A DNA stretch of 64,000 nt from an uncultured bacterium (GTDB lineage: Bacteria > Acidobacteriota > HRBIN11 > JAKEFK01). The notes beneath the pieces were generated by a model. That model was not told the DNA's origin, did not search any database, and saw only the letters and a list, made by a program, of their open reading frames with translations. The DNA lies in contig CAVZQN010000007.1 of the NCBI GenBank assembly GCA_963777505.1, forward strand, positions 128,001 to 192,000, in the 5' to 3' direction. Of this stretch, positions 33,432-43,628 are shown piece after piece (position 1 is the first letter of the stretch; every line of letters starts with the position of its first letter). The position numbers were made by a program, and so were the translations under genes.

Positions 33432-36086
33432 TTAGCGGATGCAGACGCTTTCGAAACTGCCGGTTGTACCCTTCACCTGGTAACCTGCCGAACCGGTTGG
33501 AGCTACAGTTGGAATCAAATTAGCTACATTTGCGCCATCAACATTCAATTGAATAGTGCTGCCATCGTAGGTCAGGGTGACATGATAGGAAACATTTGGC
33601 AGGATTGTCAGCGCAGCTTTTGTCTTTGCAACGATTCTTCCATTCACGCGCTGTCTTAGAATCCATTTGTCATTTTCTTCTTTCATTAAAAGTTCGATCG
33701 TATTTTGTTTATCGAGATACCATCCAAGCAGCCAAATTTTGTTTCGGAATCCGCCGGCAGTCTGCATAAATGTATCGATCGTGCAGTTTGTACCACAACC
33801 AATAAAACCGGTTGCGATTACCGACGCTTTCTTTTGCGATGACGATCCAATCATCGCGTCACCGGCTTCAGTGAAACTGGGTTTCAGAATCGTCCACTTT
33901 GATGTATCAACAATTCCATCATCAAATGGATCTTCAAACATGCAAGGCGGGGTTGCTGTACAAAGATTCAATAACACGGATACATTATTTGCGTCTGAAT
34001 TAGCTGTGATCAAATCAAGTTTTCCATCATGATTCAGATCGGCTGTGAATCCGGACCGGGGCCGTTTCGCCGTTGGGAAAGCGACAGCAGAACCAAAAGT
34101 GCCATTTCCATTTCCGGGTAAGATCCAAATGTTGTCCAGCGTATATTGAATTGAAGCTAAATCTACAATTCCATCTGAAGTCCAATCACCTGCAACTAGT
34201 GAATAAGGTTCTGGGCCCACAGGCTTATGCGTTACGCCTCCAAATGTTCCGTTTCCATTTCCTAACCGGACGGAAATATTGCCGGAGACACGATTCGAAG
34301 TCGCCAGATCGAGATTTCCATCCTGATTGAAATCGCCCGTTACTACCGTGTAAGGAGCATTGCCCATCGAATAGTTTGTTGCTGCACTAAAAGTTCCATT
34401 TCCATTTCCAAGGAATACAGAAACGTTATGGCTGGAAAAATTTGAAGCGACGAGATCAAGGTTTCCATCTCTATTCCAATCGGCAGTAATTACTGACATC
34501 GTTCCAGAACCTGCAGGCAAAAATGTTGGTCCAGTAAAATTTCCATTGCCATTGCCTAGATGAATTGCAACATTTTGGGATTGTGAATTCGCGACAGCTA
34601 CATCGAGATTTGAATCTTCATTCCAATCTCCTGCAACGATCGAATACGAGCCACTTCCTGTAGCGAAATGAATTGCAGGGTCAAATGTTCCGTTGCCATT
34701 GCCGCGCAGTAAAGAGAAATTGCTTGAAGAATTATTAGCCACAACCAAATCCAAATCTCCATCCTCATTGAAGTCAGCGGAAGCAACTGAAACGGGCAAG
34801 GAACCGGCGGTATATGGAGTATGCGATCCGAAACTTCCTGACCCGTCTCCGATCAACACAGAAATTCCGGCAACGTTGGCGGTTGCAAGATCCAGGTCTC
34901 CATCTTCGTTCCAGTCACCAGCGGTAACAAAGAACGGAAAATTGTTCGTTGGAAAATTAGTATGGCTGCGAAAGCCGCCACTGCCATTACCCGAAAAAAC
35001 GGAAACATCATTCCCATCCACATTGCCAGTTGCTAGATCGGCATTGCCATCTTCATTGAAATCTCCCGCAACAATCGAATACGGACCGCTTCCTCCGGAA
35101 AGTTGCAAATCGACCGAAAAGGCGCCGTTACCATTCCCCTTTAAAACTGAAACACGATTGTTGAATCGATGTGCTGTTGCAAGATCCGGTTTGCCATCTT
35201 CATTCCAGTCTCCGGAAACTACAGCATAGGTATTTGCACCAACACTGTAATTGACTGCTGCATCAAATGTACCGTTACCGTTTCCCAACAAAATCGAAAC
35301 ATTGTTCGATGCAAGATTGGCAACCGCGAGATCCAGATTGCTATCAAGATTCCAATCTCCAGTAATCACCGATAGCGGATCACTCCCTGTTGTATAAGAA
35401 ACTGGAAGGCCGAAACTTCCAGCTCCATCTCCAAGCAGAAGCGAGACATTACCTGACGAACGGTTTACGGTAACAATGTCAAGGTTGCCATCTTCGTTCC
35501 AATCGCCAGATGTTACGGATGTTGGACGCATTCCCGTTGCAAAATTGAATGGACCGGTGAAGCTGCCGTTTCCGGAACCAAGCAAGAGAGAAACATTGTT
35601 CGAATTATTGTTTGCAACAACCAGATCCAAATTGCCGTCTTCATTCCAATCGCCGGATTTTACAAATTGAGGACTGTCACCAACTGAAAAATTATTCGGA
35701 GCAGCAAAGTCTCCTGTTCCATCACCTAATAAAACAGCAACGTTATCAGTTGAGCTCAGTGTTGCAACAAGATCAAGATTTCCATCCTCATTCCAATCAC
35801 CTTTTTCCAGTGAGTAGATTAGATTTGCGTTTAGTTCACCTGAAGGAGGATCAAAAGTACCGTTACCGTTGCCAAATAATACGGAGATGCCTGGTGCAAG
35901 AAAATTTGACGTTGCAATATCAAGATTTCCATCTTTATTCCAGTCGCCGGTAATAATAGCGGTTGGTGTATTACCTGTAGGAAAGATTTGTGAAGCTTGA
36001 AAATCAATTTCGCAGCCATTGGTTTGAGCGAAAGACGGAGAGATAGCGAAAAGTGTTAACGCTAAAAGAAATGCCCCCGTCCGCAT
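33432..36086 (-). CDS. Secreted FG-GAP/VCBS repeat protein with C-terminal beta-sandwich domain
   Basis: Signal peptide; about 14 repeats of GDWNEDGNLDL...VSVLLGNGNGTF. Confidence 0.92.
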   Translation of the reverse strand: MRTGAFLLALTLFAISPSFAQTNGCEIDFQASQIFPTGNTPTAIITGDWNKDGNLDIATSNFLAPGISVLFGNGNGTFDPPSGELNANLIYSLEKGDWNEDGNLDLVATLSSTDNVAVLLGDGTGDFAAPNNFSVGDSPQFVKSGDWNEDGNLDLVVANNNSNNVSLLLGSGNGSFTGPFNFATGMRPTSVTSGDWNEDGNLDIVTVNRSSGNVSLLLGDGAGSFGLPVSYTTGSDPLSVITGDWNLDSNLDLAVANLASNNVSILLGNGNGTFDAAVNYSVGANTYAVVSGDWNEDGKPDLATAHRFNNRVSVLKGNGNGAFSVDLQLSGGSGPYSIVAGDFNEDGNADLATGNVDGNDVSVFSGNGSGGFRSHTNFPTNNFPFFVTAGDWNEDGDLDLATANVAGISVLIGDGSGSFGSHTPYTAGSLPVSVASADFNEDGDLDLVVANNSSSNFSLLRGNGNGTFDPAIHFATGSGSYSIVAGDWNEDSNLDVAVANSQSQNVAIHLGNGNGNFTGPTFLPAGSGTMSVITADWNRDGNLDLVASNFSSHNVSVFLGNGNGTFSAATNYSMGNAPYTVVTGDFNQDGNLDLATSNRVSGNISVRLGNGNGTFGGVTHKPVGPEPYSLVAGDWTSDGIVDLASIQYTLDNIWILPGNGNGTFGSAVAFPTAKRPRSGFTADLNHDGKLDLITANSDANNVSVLLNLCTATPPCMFEDPFDDGIVDTSKWTILKPSFTEAGDAMIGSSSQKKASVIATGFIGCGTNCTIDTFMQTAGGFRNKIWLLGWYLDKQNTIELLMKEENDKWILRQRVNGRIVAKTKAALTILPNVSYHVTLTYDGSTIQLNVDGANVANLIPTVAPTGSAGYQVKGTTGSFESVCIR

Positions 36087-36121
36087 GAGTCCCCGAACTA
36101 TTGTATATCAGATGGATTCCA

Positions 36122-36210
36122 TTGGTAACTTTGTTGCCAACCCTCAACAACTGAGTTGACGTTTCGGTAGTGACTGCTCGTCGATGAAACGTTGGCATGT
36201 CGATTGCCAA
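36122..36210. promoter_or_regulatory. Two TTGGYA-N7-TGCCAA palindromes 70 bp apart
   Basis: 36122..36140 and 36192..36210; both also fit GG-N10-GC on the + strand. Confidence 0.45.
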
Positions 36211-36331
36211 GGCCGAATGTCTTATCGCTTATGATTTTTTATCAACCATACGCCGTTGTTGCGAAGTGTTATCAACTAAATTGCCAGAGTATCTTGTTTT
36301 CGCTCGTGAGCGACTTGGCATCTCCTTTACT

Positions 36332-37387
36332 TTAGTAACGCTTCCCTTCCCATTTAGGAGTACACAAAAGAAACGGTCGATCAAGATCATAGTTGATACA
36401 CGCCGGCTCTGAAGTCTCTTCCGGAATTTCATCCCATAGATTCTTACAGGAGAGTGCATTCGCCATCGCTTTCGCTATGCTAGTCTTTGCACGAAGATCG
36501 AGATAGAGGAATTGTCCAGCAGGATTGATCTCCAGGAAAACAAATTCTCCATCAGGTTTTCGTCTTAGATCAAATGCTCCATAACGCAGGCCTAATTGGT
36601 TCATGAACTTTCTAAGAGCCGATAAAAGAGAATCAGGAATTATATCTACCCGGCATTGGGTTTCGGGGTCCATGCTCACATCCAGCGGATAGCGGGAATT
36701 CATCGTATCAAACGTTACAGCCTGAACGAATTCATCAATGAGAACTATTCGATAATCTTCGCCGCCAGGAATGAATTCCTGGAATACAACTGGGCAGACT
36801 GCAACATGATCCAGCTTCGCTATCAGTTCATCAGTAATCTCTTGAGTCGGACGCCAAATCTGATCGGTACCAAACAGGGCTTTGAATACAACTCGCTCAT
36901 GATTCCGTATGAAGTTTGCAGCCTCATGAGGTGAGGATGTGACGAGTGTTTCTGGAATAGACATTCTACATTCGCGAGCAACATGCAGCTGAAAAATCTT
37001 TCTTGTGGCAAGAAGGTTCGATTGAAAATAGTTGTACCATCGAATTTTCTGGGACAGAATGGCCATTAGGCCTGCCCAAAAATGGGAGTGTTCCTCAATC
37101 AGGAATTCAGCAACTTCTTTGTTGAGATGATCATTGACTGGAAATGTTGTTGGTCTCCACCACCAGACTGCCTCCACTCGATCAAGATAAAACTTTTCTC
37201 CGTTTTGGTTATGGATGACAACACAGGGCGAATCCGAAAATTGAACTGACGCACAACATTGTCCTGAAAACAGAGAAAAGTCACAAATCAATGCACGCGT
37301 ATTGCGTGTGAGGTGTGGCAGTACCGCTTGTACATGAGGATCGTTTGCCGCTGAAAATATCAACAGATTGGGATGATGTACGGACAT
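36332..37387 (-). CDS. ATP-grasp ligase, RimK/MvdC-D (graspetide maturase)-like
   Basis: VWWWRP, KIFQLHVA, IPETLVT, VFKAL, CPVVFQEFI, YGAFD, FLEINPAGQFL. Confidence 0.85.
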   Translation of the reverse strand: MSVHHPNLLIFSAANDPHVQAVLPHLTRNTRALICDFSLFSGQCCASVQFSDSPCVVIHNQNGEKFYLDRVEAVWWWRPTTFPVNDHLNKEVAEFLIEEHSHFWAGLMAILSQKIRWYNYFQSNLLATRKIFQLHVARECRMSIPETLVTSSPHEAANFIRNHERVVFKALFGTDQIWRPTQEITDELIAKLDHVAVCPVVFQEFIPGGEDYRIVLIDEFVQAVTFDTMNSRYPLDVSMDPETQCRVDIIPDSLLSALRKFMNQLGLRYGAFDLRRKPDGEFVFLEINPAGQFLYLDLRAKTSIAKAMANALSCKNLWDEIPEETSEPACINYDLDRPFLLCTPKWEGKRY

Positions 37388-37463
37388 ACTACAGCTAAAT
37401 GCTCGCGAATATAATATACTGCATAGCGAAATGAATAAGATACTCCATTAGGAGGAGTTCGTA

Positions 37464-38033
37464 ATGGCATCGGATGGAATAACAAAACTGATCAAGGTCA
37501 CACAACAGAAGTCGACAAACGCGAATGAAGAAGCCTTAGAAGGGGCGGCAAACCAGCGATCTAATATAGATAAGCAAAAATCGCTAAGAGATGTACAGAA
37601 AACCCTCGATTCTTTTACGCAAGACTCCTCGATGTCGCGAGCTGATACCAAGGCAACTGCGAAACCCGGTGCGAATTTGAATTCAGGCGCCATTGCCTCA
37701 GAAGCTTCCGTTTCTAAGCCCGCAAGCTATCTCACAAGATTTTCGAAATCGGGCTTTGAGAAGTCCAGTCTGTTTTCAGCAGCCGGGTTAGCAAAAAATC
37801 TAGTCGATGTTCGCTCCAGCCCCACACATTACGCCAGCGGACTCAATGCCTTTGTGAAAGCACTCAGGGAAAGGTTTGAGGAATCAACCAAGGACCTTGA
37901 AGGAAAGGATAAACTGGGAAATTTTGAGATTAATAACTTGCTGAGCGTTTTCAATCAAGCGGAAACTCTGGCAGCTAGCACGAAAAAGAAGACCGATGAT
38001 CAAAACGGTTCTGTAGCCGGGAAGATAGGATGA
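37464..38033 (+). CDS. Putative T3SS needle/filament (SctF/EspA-like) C-terminal helix protein with N-terminal extension
   Basis: AGGAGG RBS; C-terminal INNLLSVFNQAETLAASTKKKTDDQNGSVAGKIG; ATGA-coupled to a TPR gene. Confidence 0.6.
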   Translation: MASDGITKLIKVTQQKSTNANEEALEGAANQRSNIDKQKSLRDVQKTLDSFTQDSSMSRADTKATAKPGANLNSGAIASEASVSKPASYLTRFSKSGFEKSSLFSAAGLAKNLVDVRSSPTHYASGLNAFVKALRERFEESTKDLEGKDKLGNFEINNLLSVFNQAETLAASTKKKTDDQNGSVAGKIG

Positions 38034-38473
38034 CCGAAAAAAACCAACGACAGGAAAAAAACCAGAGCGGTGAACAAGTATCTTCCGAAGCGCTTGCATC
38101 GGCCCTTCATTTTGCTCTACTTCATGAAGAGAACGGCCAGTACGATACTGCTGTAGCCGCTTTCAAATCCCTTCTATTGATGGATCCGTTAAATCCTTAT
38201 TTTCACGCGATGCTCGGCTCGATCTATCAAAGGCAAGGGGATTATGAAAGCGCCATCCAACAATACACGGAAGCACTAAAAATATTTCCATCTGATATAG
38301 ACTCGCTTACCAATCTCGGTGAGATACTGCTGAAGATAGCACAACCCCAAAGAGCTATACAGTGTTTAAAACAAGCAGTGGAGATAGATACAGAGGGGAA
38401 TCATCCCTCCGCGAATCGTGCCCGACTTATGTTGTCCCGTTTACTAGAAACAGTCGATCCAACTTCCAAGTAA
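38030..38473 (+). CDS. TPR protein, T3SS chaperone (SycD/YscG)-like
   Basis: Three TPRs in 147 aa (AVAAFKSLLLMDPLNPYFHAMLGSIY...); acidic; coupled to the upstream gene. Confidence 0.7.
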   Translation: MTEKNQRQEKNQSGEQVSSEALASALHFALLHEENGQYDTAVAAFKSLLLMDPLNPYFHAMLGSIYQRQGDYESAIQQYTEALKIFPSDIDSLTNLGEILLKIAQPQRAIQCLKQAVEIDTEGNHPSANRARLMLSRLLETVDPTSK

Positions 38474-38672
38474 ACCGAAATCGGAACACAATGTCCTGTG
38501 CTTCCGGACGAAAAAAGAAATACCCACGAAGAAGAACTTGACAAGGAGATACTCATTCGTCGCAATTACGCTTAATCCAGTTTCAAAATCATACTTTAGT
38601 GACGATGACTGATTAATAGAGAGCGCTTTCTGCCACTCACTTTTTGCCGGGAGCAAAAGATTTAGTCCAGGC

Positions 38673-39419
38673 TCAGGAAAGGTTCAAGCGTGTTAAAAGG
38701 GGAAAGTGGTCCGAAGCCTGGTTAGCAGGATGCTGATCAACGATGGTGCATTCGGTAAGACGATCGATAAATCTTTCGGGCAAGAAAACGTAATCAAAAC
38801 GGAGATGCGGGTCTCTTGTTGGAAATGTATAGCCTTCGACATCACTATGCAATTTCCGGAAGCCGTCTGCGTAGCCATTCTTTTGAATCAGTTTTACAGT
38901 CTCTCGCTGAACGTCGCGGCCACTTAACCATACAAGGGTGCGTATCCAGTATGGCATTTTTGCAGTTGGCAATAATTCATCAGGCGCAATCGAATTAAAG
39001 TCGCCTGTTAAAACGTGGAATCCTTCTTGATGTTTCTGAATTCCATTCAGCAACGCTTGAATTTCTACCACACGACGCCTTTCACCCCATTTAGAAAACA
39101 TTGCCCTGAGATGAACTCCAAAAATACGTACGTTCGTTCCTGAGGGTTCAAGCTCTAAGAAGCTGTGCCTGGATCCTTTTGGATGATGCCATTCATGATG
39201 TGCAATTTCGATCCGGCTGCAGAAAGCATTGGAATGATTCCGCCTTGAAGCCCAGAATGGCATCTCGCCTAATTTTGAAATTCGCTCAACGGCTGCCGGA
39301 TCGATCGCTTCTTGAAATAAAACAATATCGGGAGCGGCTGTGCGAATCACTTCAGCCAATAAAGATTCCCTGCCTCTGCCACCGTAACGGATGTTATAAC
39401 TGAGAAGAGTCAAGATCAC
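38673..39419 (-). CDS. Endonuclease/exonuclease/phosphatase family protein
   Basis: SYNI, LFQE, VHL, GDFN, RFDY, ASDHFP. Confidence 0.92.
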   Translation of the reverse strand: MILTLLSYNIRYGGRGRESLLAEVIRTAAPDIVLFQEAIDPAAVERISKLGEMPFWASRRNHSNAFCSRIEIAHHEWHHPKGSRHSFLELEPSGTNVRIFGVHLRAMFSKWGERRRVVEIQALLNGIQKHQEGFHVLTGDFNSIAPDELLPTAKMPYWIRTLVWLSGRDVQRETVKLIQKNGYADGFRKLHSDVEGYTFPTRDPHLRFDYVFLPERFIDRLTECTIVDQHPANQASDHFPLLTRLNLS

Positions 39420-39895
39420 GAAGTTTCGCCCGATTTAATGAGTGTGAAATAGGGCTGGTCGAACAAAACGTCGCGGAGAAATAAAATGAAGTTGGCAGTC
39501 GCTTGAAAATTAACAGGACGACCAATCATTTTTTGTAATTCTTCACGGAGTCCTTTTAGATCGGAAGCAACATCGGGATCCTTATCACATAACGGCTTCG
39601 TGTGAAGTTTCGGAATATAAAAAGCATCTTCATGCCATTTCGCGATTACTTCATCTCCGATCAGCGTAACATCCAGATCGCTTGTGCCTTCACCATCGGC
39701 ATCAAATTCTTTTTGATCTTCAAAGCGTTCGTTTGTGACAACGCTTCCGCGCAAGGCCACACCTGTACTTGGCGGCAGCCCTGCCTGCAGCTTTTCACAA
39801 AATGTTTTCAATAACTCTTCGTCGCCTTTAAATCCGAGTCTGATGATTCTTTTGCGAATTTCCTGCTCTGTCATGTCATCTGTGTCTTTTGCCAT
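39416..39895 (-). CDS. Nucleotidyltransferase-like (Pol beta fold) hypothetical protein
   Basis: LRGSVVT...SDLDVTL; 4-nt overlap with the EEP gene. Confidence 0.6.
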   Translation of the reverse strand: MAKDTDDMTEQEIRKRIIRLGFKGDEELLKTFCEKLQAGLPPSTGVALRGSVVTNERFEDQKEFDADGEGTSDLDVTLIGDEVIAKWHEDAFYIPKLHTKPLCDKDPDVASDLKGLREELQKMIGRPVNFQATANFILFLRDVLFDQPYFTLIKSGETS

Positions 39896-40208
39896 GCCTA
39901 ATAAGATAGGTATGGCGTAGAGGTAAAACTACTTTATATTCACAGGATCCAATCGATTGATTTCCAACCTTTCGATCATGAGTTCCTCCTGTCACCCAGA
40001 TACGCAGGGGTCAGGCACAAATGGCTCACACCCGGTTGAGCATGGTGATGCGAATGATTAAAGGCCGATTCAAACGAAGTTGTTATTGAGGGCTTTACAG
40101 CTCGCGGAGAGGCAAAAGGAATGAAAGAATAAGAAGAAATTTAGACGACAAAACGAAAGTTAGTTTCACTGAAGGCCAAATGATAAAATGTATGTTGTAA
40201 CAACTTAC

Positions 40209-40424
40209 ATGTCCGTTATTCAAATGAACAAGCGCGTGAACGCCAACACCTCCAGGATTCGTCCTGATCCGGTAATAGAACTCTACAAAAAAGACATCGA
40301 CCGTACCCTTCTACGTGAAAACTTGAAGCTTACTGTGCAGCAACGTTTTGAAAACTTGATGGCTCTTCAGCGGTTTGCTGCGGAACTTCAAAGCGCCGGC
40401 CACAGGCTTCGACATCCACGATGA
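40209..40424 (+). CDS. Small protein, putative antitoxin partner
   Basis: IDRTLLRENLKLTVQQRF; ATGA overlap with the downstream NTase; start uncertain. Confidence 0.65.
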   Translation: MSVIQMNKRVNANTSRIRPDPVIELYKKDIDRTLLRENLKLTVQQRFENLMALQRFAAELQSAGHRLRHPR

Positions 40425-40900
40425 CAGAATTTGATAAGCTCATTACGCTTCTGGTGAGTTCAGGAGTGCGGTTTATCGTTATAGGTGGAGCAGCAGCAAC
40501 GGCTCATGGATCCGCTCGGCTTACTGAAGATTTAGACATTGTCTACCAAAGAACGAAAGAGAACATCTCAGCTCTTGTCAAAACAATCGCGCCATATCAG
40601 CCCTATTTGCGCGGTGCTCCGCCTGGGCTGCCATTTCTTTGGGATGAAGAAACTATTTCGAACGGACTCAATTTTACGCTGATTACAACGCTTGGTGCAT
40701 TAGATCTTTTGGGTCATGTCACTGGTGGGGGTACATACGAAGATTTGCTGAAAGATTCGGTTAGCCTGGAACTGTTTGGAATTGAGTGCAAGGTTCTTGG
40801 ATTAAGACGGTTGATTGAGGTCAAAAGAGCAGCAGGACGTGTTCGAGATCTTGAAGTGGTGGCCGAACTTGAAGCGCTGTCAGACGAAACAGAATCTTGA
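40421..40900 (+). CDS. Nucleotidyltransferase (AbiEii/MNT-like), putative TA component
   Basis: IGGAAATAHGSARLTEDLDI...KRAAGRVRD. Confidence 0.75.
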   Translation: MTEFDKLITLLVSSGVRFIVIGGAAATAHGSARLTEDLDIVYQRTKENISALVKTIAPYQPYLRGAPPGLPFLWDEETISNGLNFTLITTLGALDLLGHVTGGGTYEDLLKDSVSLELFGIECKVLGLRRLIEVKRAAGRVRDLEVVAELEALSDETES

Positions 40901-41028
40901 TTTACAAGTCAAGTCTCGAACTAGTACTCGCGGATTTCATTTCTGCTTCATCAAAACACCAACACATATTATTCGATCCAAGCCGTAACGAATGGCTCCC
41001 AGAAACGTTATAGTAATTGAAAAATGTT

Positions 41029-41466
41029 ATGAGCGAAAAAACTGCAAATCAAAACGGATCAAAAATCGTTATCCTTTCTCCCGGTGAAGGGCGTTCGTAT
41101 CCGATGGGACGGATCAGCAGTGTGTTTAAGGCAGATGGAGAAGAAACTGGAAAGAAGTATTCAGTTTCTGAGTGGTGGCTTGAACCTCACACGAAAGGAC
41201 CAGGAGCGCACAGTCATGATGAAGACGATCTCTTTTACGTACTTGAAGGAACGATGAGTGTGCTTGTTGATGGCCGCTGGATTCATGCTTCAAAAGGTTC
41301 GTTCATATTAATACCTGGTGGAGTTGAACATGATTTTGAGAACAGAAGCGGTCAGCGCTCTGGCATTTTAAATTTCTCGGTACCAGGCAATTTTGAATCG
41401 GAGATGCCAGCCATTTCCAAATGGTTCTTAGAGATCCTCCCGAAAGAGCCGGTAACTAATTCATAA
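41029..41466 (+). CDS. Cupin domain protein
   Basis: [14 protein letters not shown]...IPGGVEHDF. Confidence 0.88.
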   Translation: MSEKTANQNGSKIVILSPGEGRSYPMGRISSVFKADGEETGKKYSVSEWWLEPHTKGPGAHSHDEDDLFYVLEGTMSVLVDGRWIHASKGSFILIPGGVEHDFENRSGQRSGILNFSVPGNFESEMPAISKWFLEILPKEPVTNS

Positions 41467-41542
41467 GTTTTTGCACAGTGTCTCTGCTCGAGGCAATTTA
41501 CAATCCTGCTGTACAATACAAACCAATGGTAAGGGTTCACTG

Positions 41543-42423
41543 GTGATCGGGGAAACTGTTTCACATTATCGCATTCTAAATAAGCTTGGTGGCGGCGGTA
41601 TGGGCGTGGTGTATGAGGCAGAGGATCTGAACCTCAAACGTCATGTCGCACTGAAATTCCTTCCTGAGGATTTAGTTGCAACTCCGGAAGCATTGGAACG
41701 ATTCCGGCGTGAAGCTCAATCAGCATCTGCTCTGAACCATTCGAATATCTGCACAATCCACGAAATCGGCGAACACGAAGGACGTCCTTTCATTGCCATG
41801 GAAATGATGAAAGGAAAAACGTTGAAGCATGTCATCGATGGAATGCCGCTGGAAATCGATCAACTACTGGAACTGGCTACTCCAATTGCGGACGCGCTTG
41901 ATGCAGCTCATGCCGAACACATCATTCATCGCGATATTAAGCCGGCCAACATTTTCGTGACTGAACGCGGGTAGCAAAACTACTCGACTTTGGTCTAGCC
42001 AAACAGACCAGCTGACTGAAATCAGATACGGAGATGCCCACTGCCAGCACACCGCAACAACTCACAAAAAGCGGATCGACTATGGGAACAGTTGCTTATA
42101 TGTCGCCCGAACAAGCACGCGGAAAAGATCTCGATGCACGCACCGATCTTTTCTCATTTGGAGTTGTGCTCTACGAAATGGCAACTGGCGCACTTCCCTT
42201 TGAAGGTAAATCATCCGGAGAAACTCTGGAAGCAATCTTTACAAAAGAACCCGTTGCACCGGTTCGATTGAATTCGAAAGTGCCTGCCGATCTGGAACGG
42301 ATCATCGCTAAAGCGATGGAAAAGGATCGCAATTTGCGATATCAAAGTGCGGCAGATATGCGTACCGATTTGCAGCGATTAAGGCGCGATACATCTATGC
42401 ACTACCGTGCGAGCAGGTCTTAG
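41543..42423 (+). pseudogene. Ser/Thr kinase domain only, frameshifted and C-terminally truncated
   Basis: [28 protein letters not shown], shifted [16 protein letters not shown]; stops right after the kinase domain. Confidence 0.75.
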
Positions 42424-42713
42424 ACCCCGCCCCTACAGTCTAGCGTAAATTAATCGGAATCTGCTATTGTTGTAGTACTACTGGCAGCATCATTCTTCCT
42501 CCTCAGCGCGAACAACGAGACGGTGGCCTTTCCGAAATGAGAGGCGTTCCCCTGCTACGCAGCTTGCACAGTGAACCGCGCTGGATAGCTTTCCTGATTA
42601 AAATGAAACTGCCAGTCGATTTATCAGCGAACGCCTGCGCTTGAATCAGCGCGGGGTGAGCTCCCAAACCATGATTGGGATCATATATATTTATCGCTAA
42701 CTGAGCCATCAGC

Positions 42714-43223
42714 TTAAGCTGACTTCTTCAGTCCCACATTCGACGGAATAAGAACAGAATTATCCTTTTCATTCAACCATGCGATTCCGATCTTATTAAA
42801 CCTGTATTCAATTGATTCTGAATCGATCACATTCGCCAGCCATTCCGCTGGCACTTTGGCCTCTGCAGCTATTTCACCAAGGAGTCGAACATTTCCTGCG
42901 TTTTTTTCATTAGCAAATTTTCTCAATGTAACGCAAACTGTTTTAAGCCGTGCAATGAATTCGGTTTCTTTCTTTAACGCACCATTGAGGTGGAGTCCTT
43001 TAAGCCAACCACTCGGGCTTAAAAAAAACATTTCCACTTCTTTTTCGCCGGTGTGGCGAAGAAACTGTTTTTGAAACAATGCATACCAGGTTGACGGTAG
43101 ATAACCCGGATAATTTCCTTGATCGAGCTTTACAGCTTTGGCTCGCGCATCTTCATGAATGTCGGATGCAATTTTACGAAGGAGTTCTTTCTCCTTTTTA
43201 GCCTTATCAATTTTTGAAAGCAT
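42714..43223 (-). CDS. Hypothetical protein
   Basis: 169-aa ORF with AAAGGAG RBS, preceded by an AT-rich region. Confidence 0.55.
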   Translation of the reverse strand: MLSKIDKAKKEKELLRKIASDIHEDARAKAVKLDQGNYPGYLPSTWYALFQKQFLRHTGEKEVEMFFLSPSGWLKGLHLNGALKKETEFIARLKTVCVTLRKFANEKNAGNVRLLGEIAAEAKVPAEWLANVIDSESIEYRFNKIGIAWLNEKDNSVLIPSNVGLKKSA

Positions 43224-43628
43224 ACTTCTCTATCTCCTTTGTTTCTTCGTAATCCATCTATAGATCACGAACTCTATTTGAAAGTTGAAGACGTAGTACT
43301 TAGCAGGGTCCGGGAGGGATTGTGGAAAATCCGCTTGGAGCTTCTTCAGCGATTCTTGAGTCTACGATTAATCCTTCAATGAATGCGGCTTAAAGACACT
43401 TAAGCTTTTACCAAGTATAAGTTAGTTCAAATAATAACCTAAAATCATAAGAACTAAAATAGAGCTAAAATATTAGAAGAGTTTCCTTAGATAACTTCTA
43501 TAAAAACTACGCGATCAATGAATAGTCCCCAGCGTAATTGTCAGTTTGTTTTAAAATGTGAACAATAACGTTTGACGTTAATATTGGTGTAGTGCTCTTC
43601 GTAACCTTCGTGAATGGTTCGCCTCATT

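Noticed and set aside
33432-36086. Regular ~147-bp periodic repeats as a CRISPR array or non-coding repeat
   Set aside because: They are in-frame, degenerate FG-GAP coding repeats; there are no identical direct repeats with unique spacers and no cas genes
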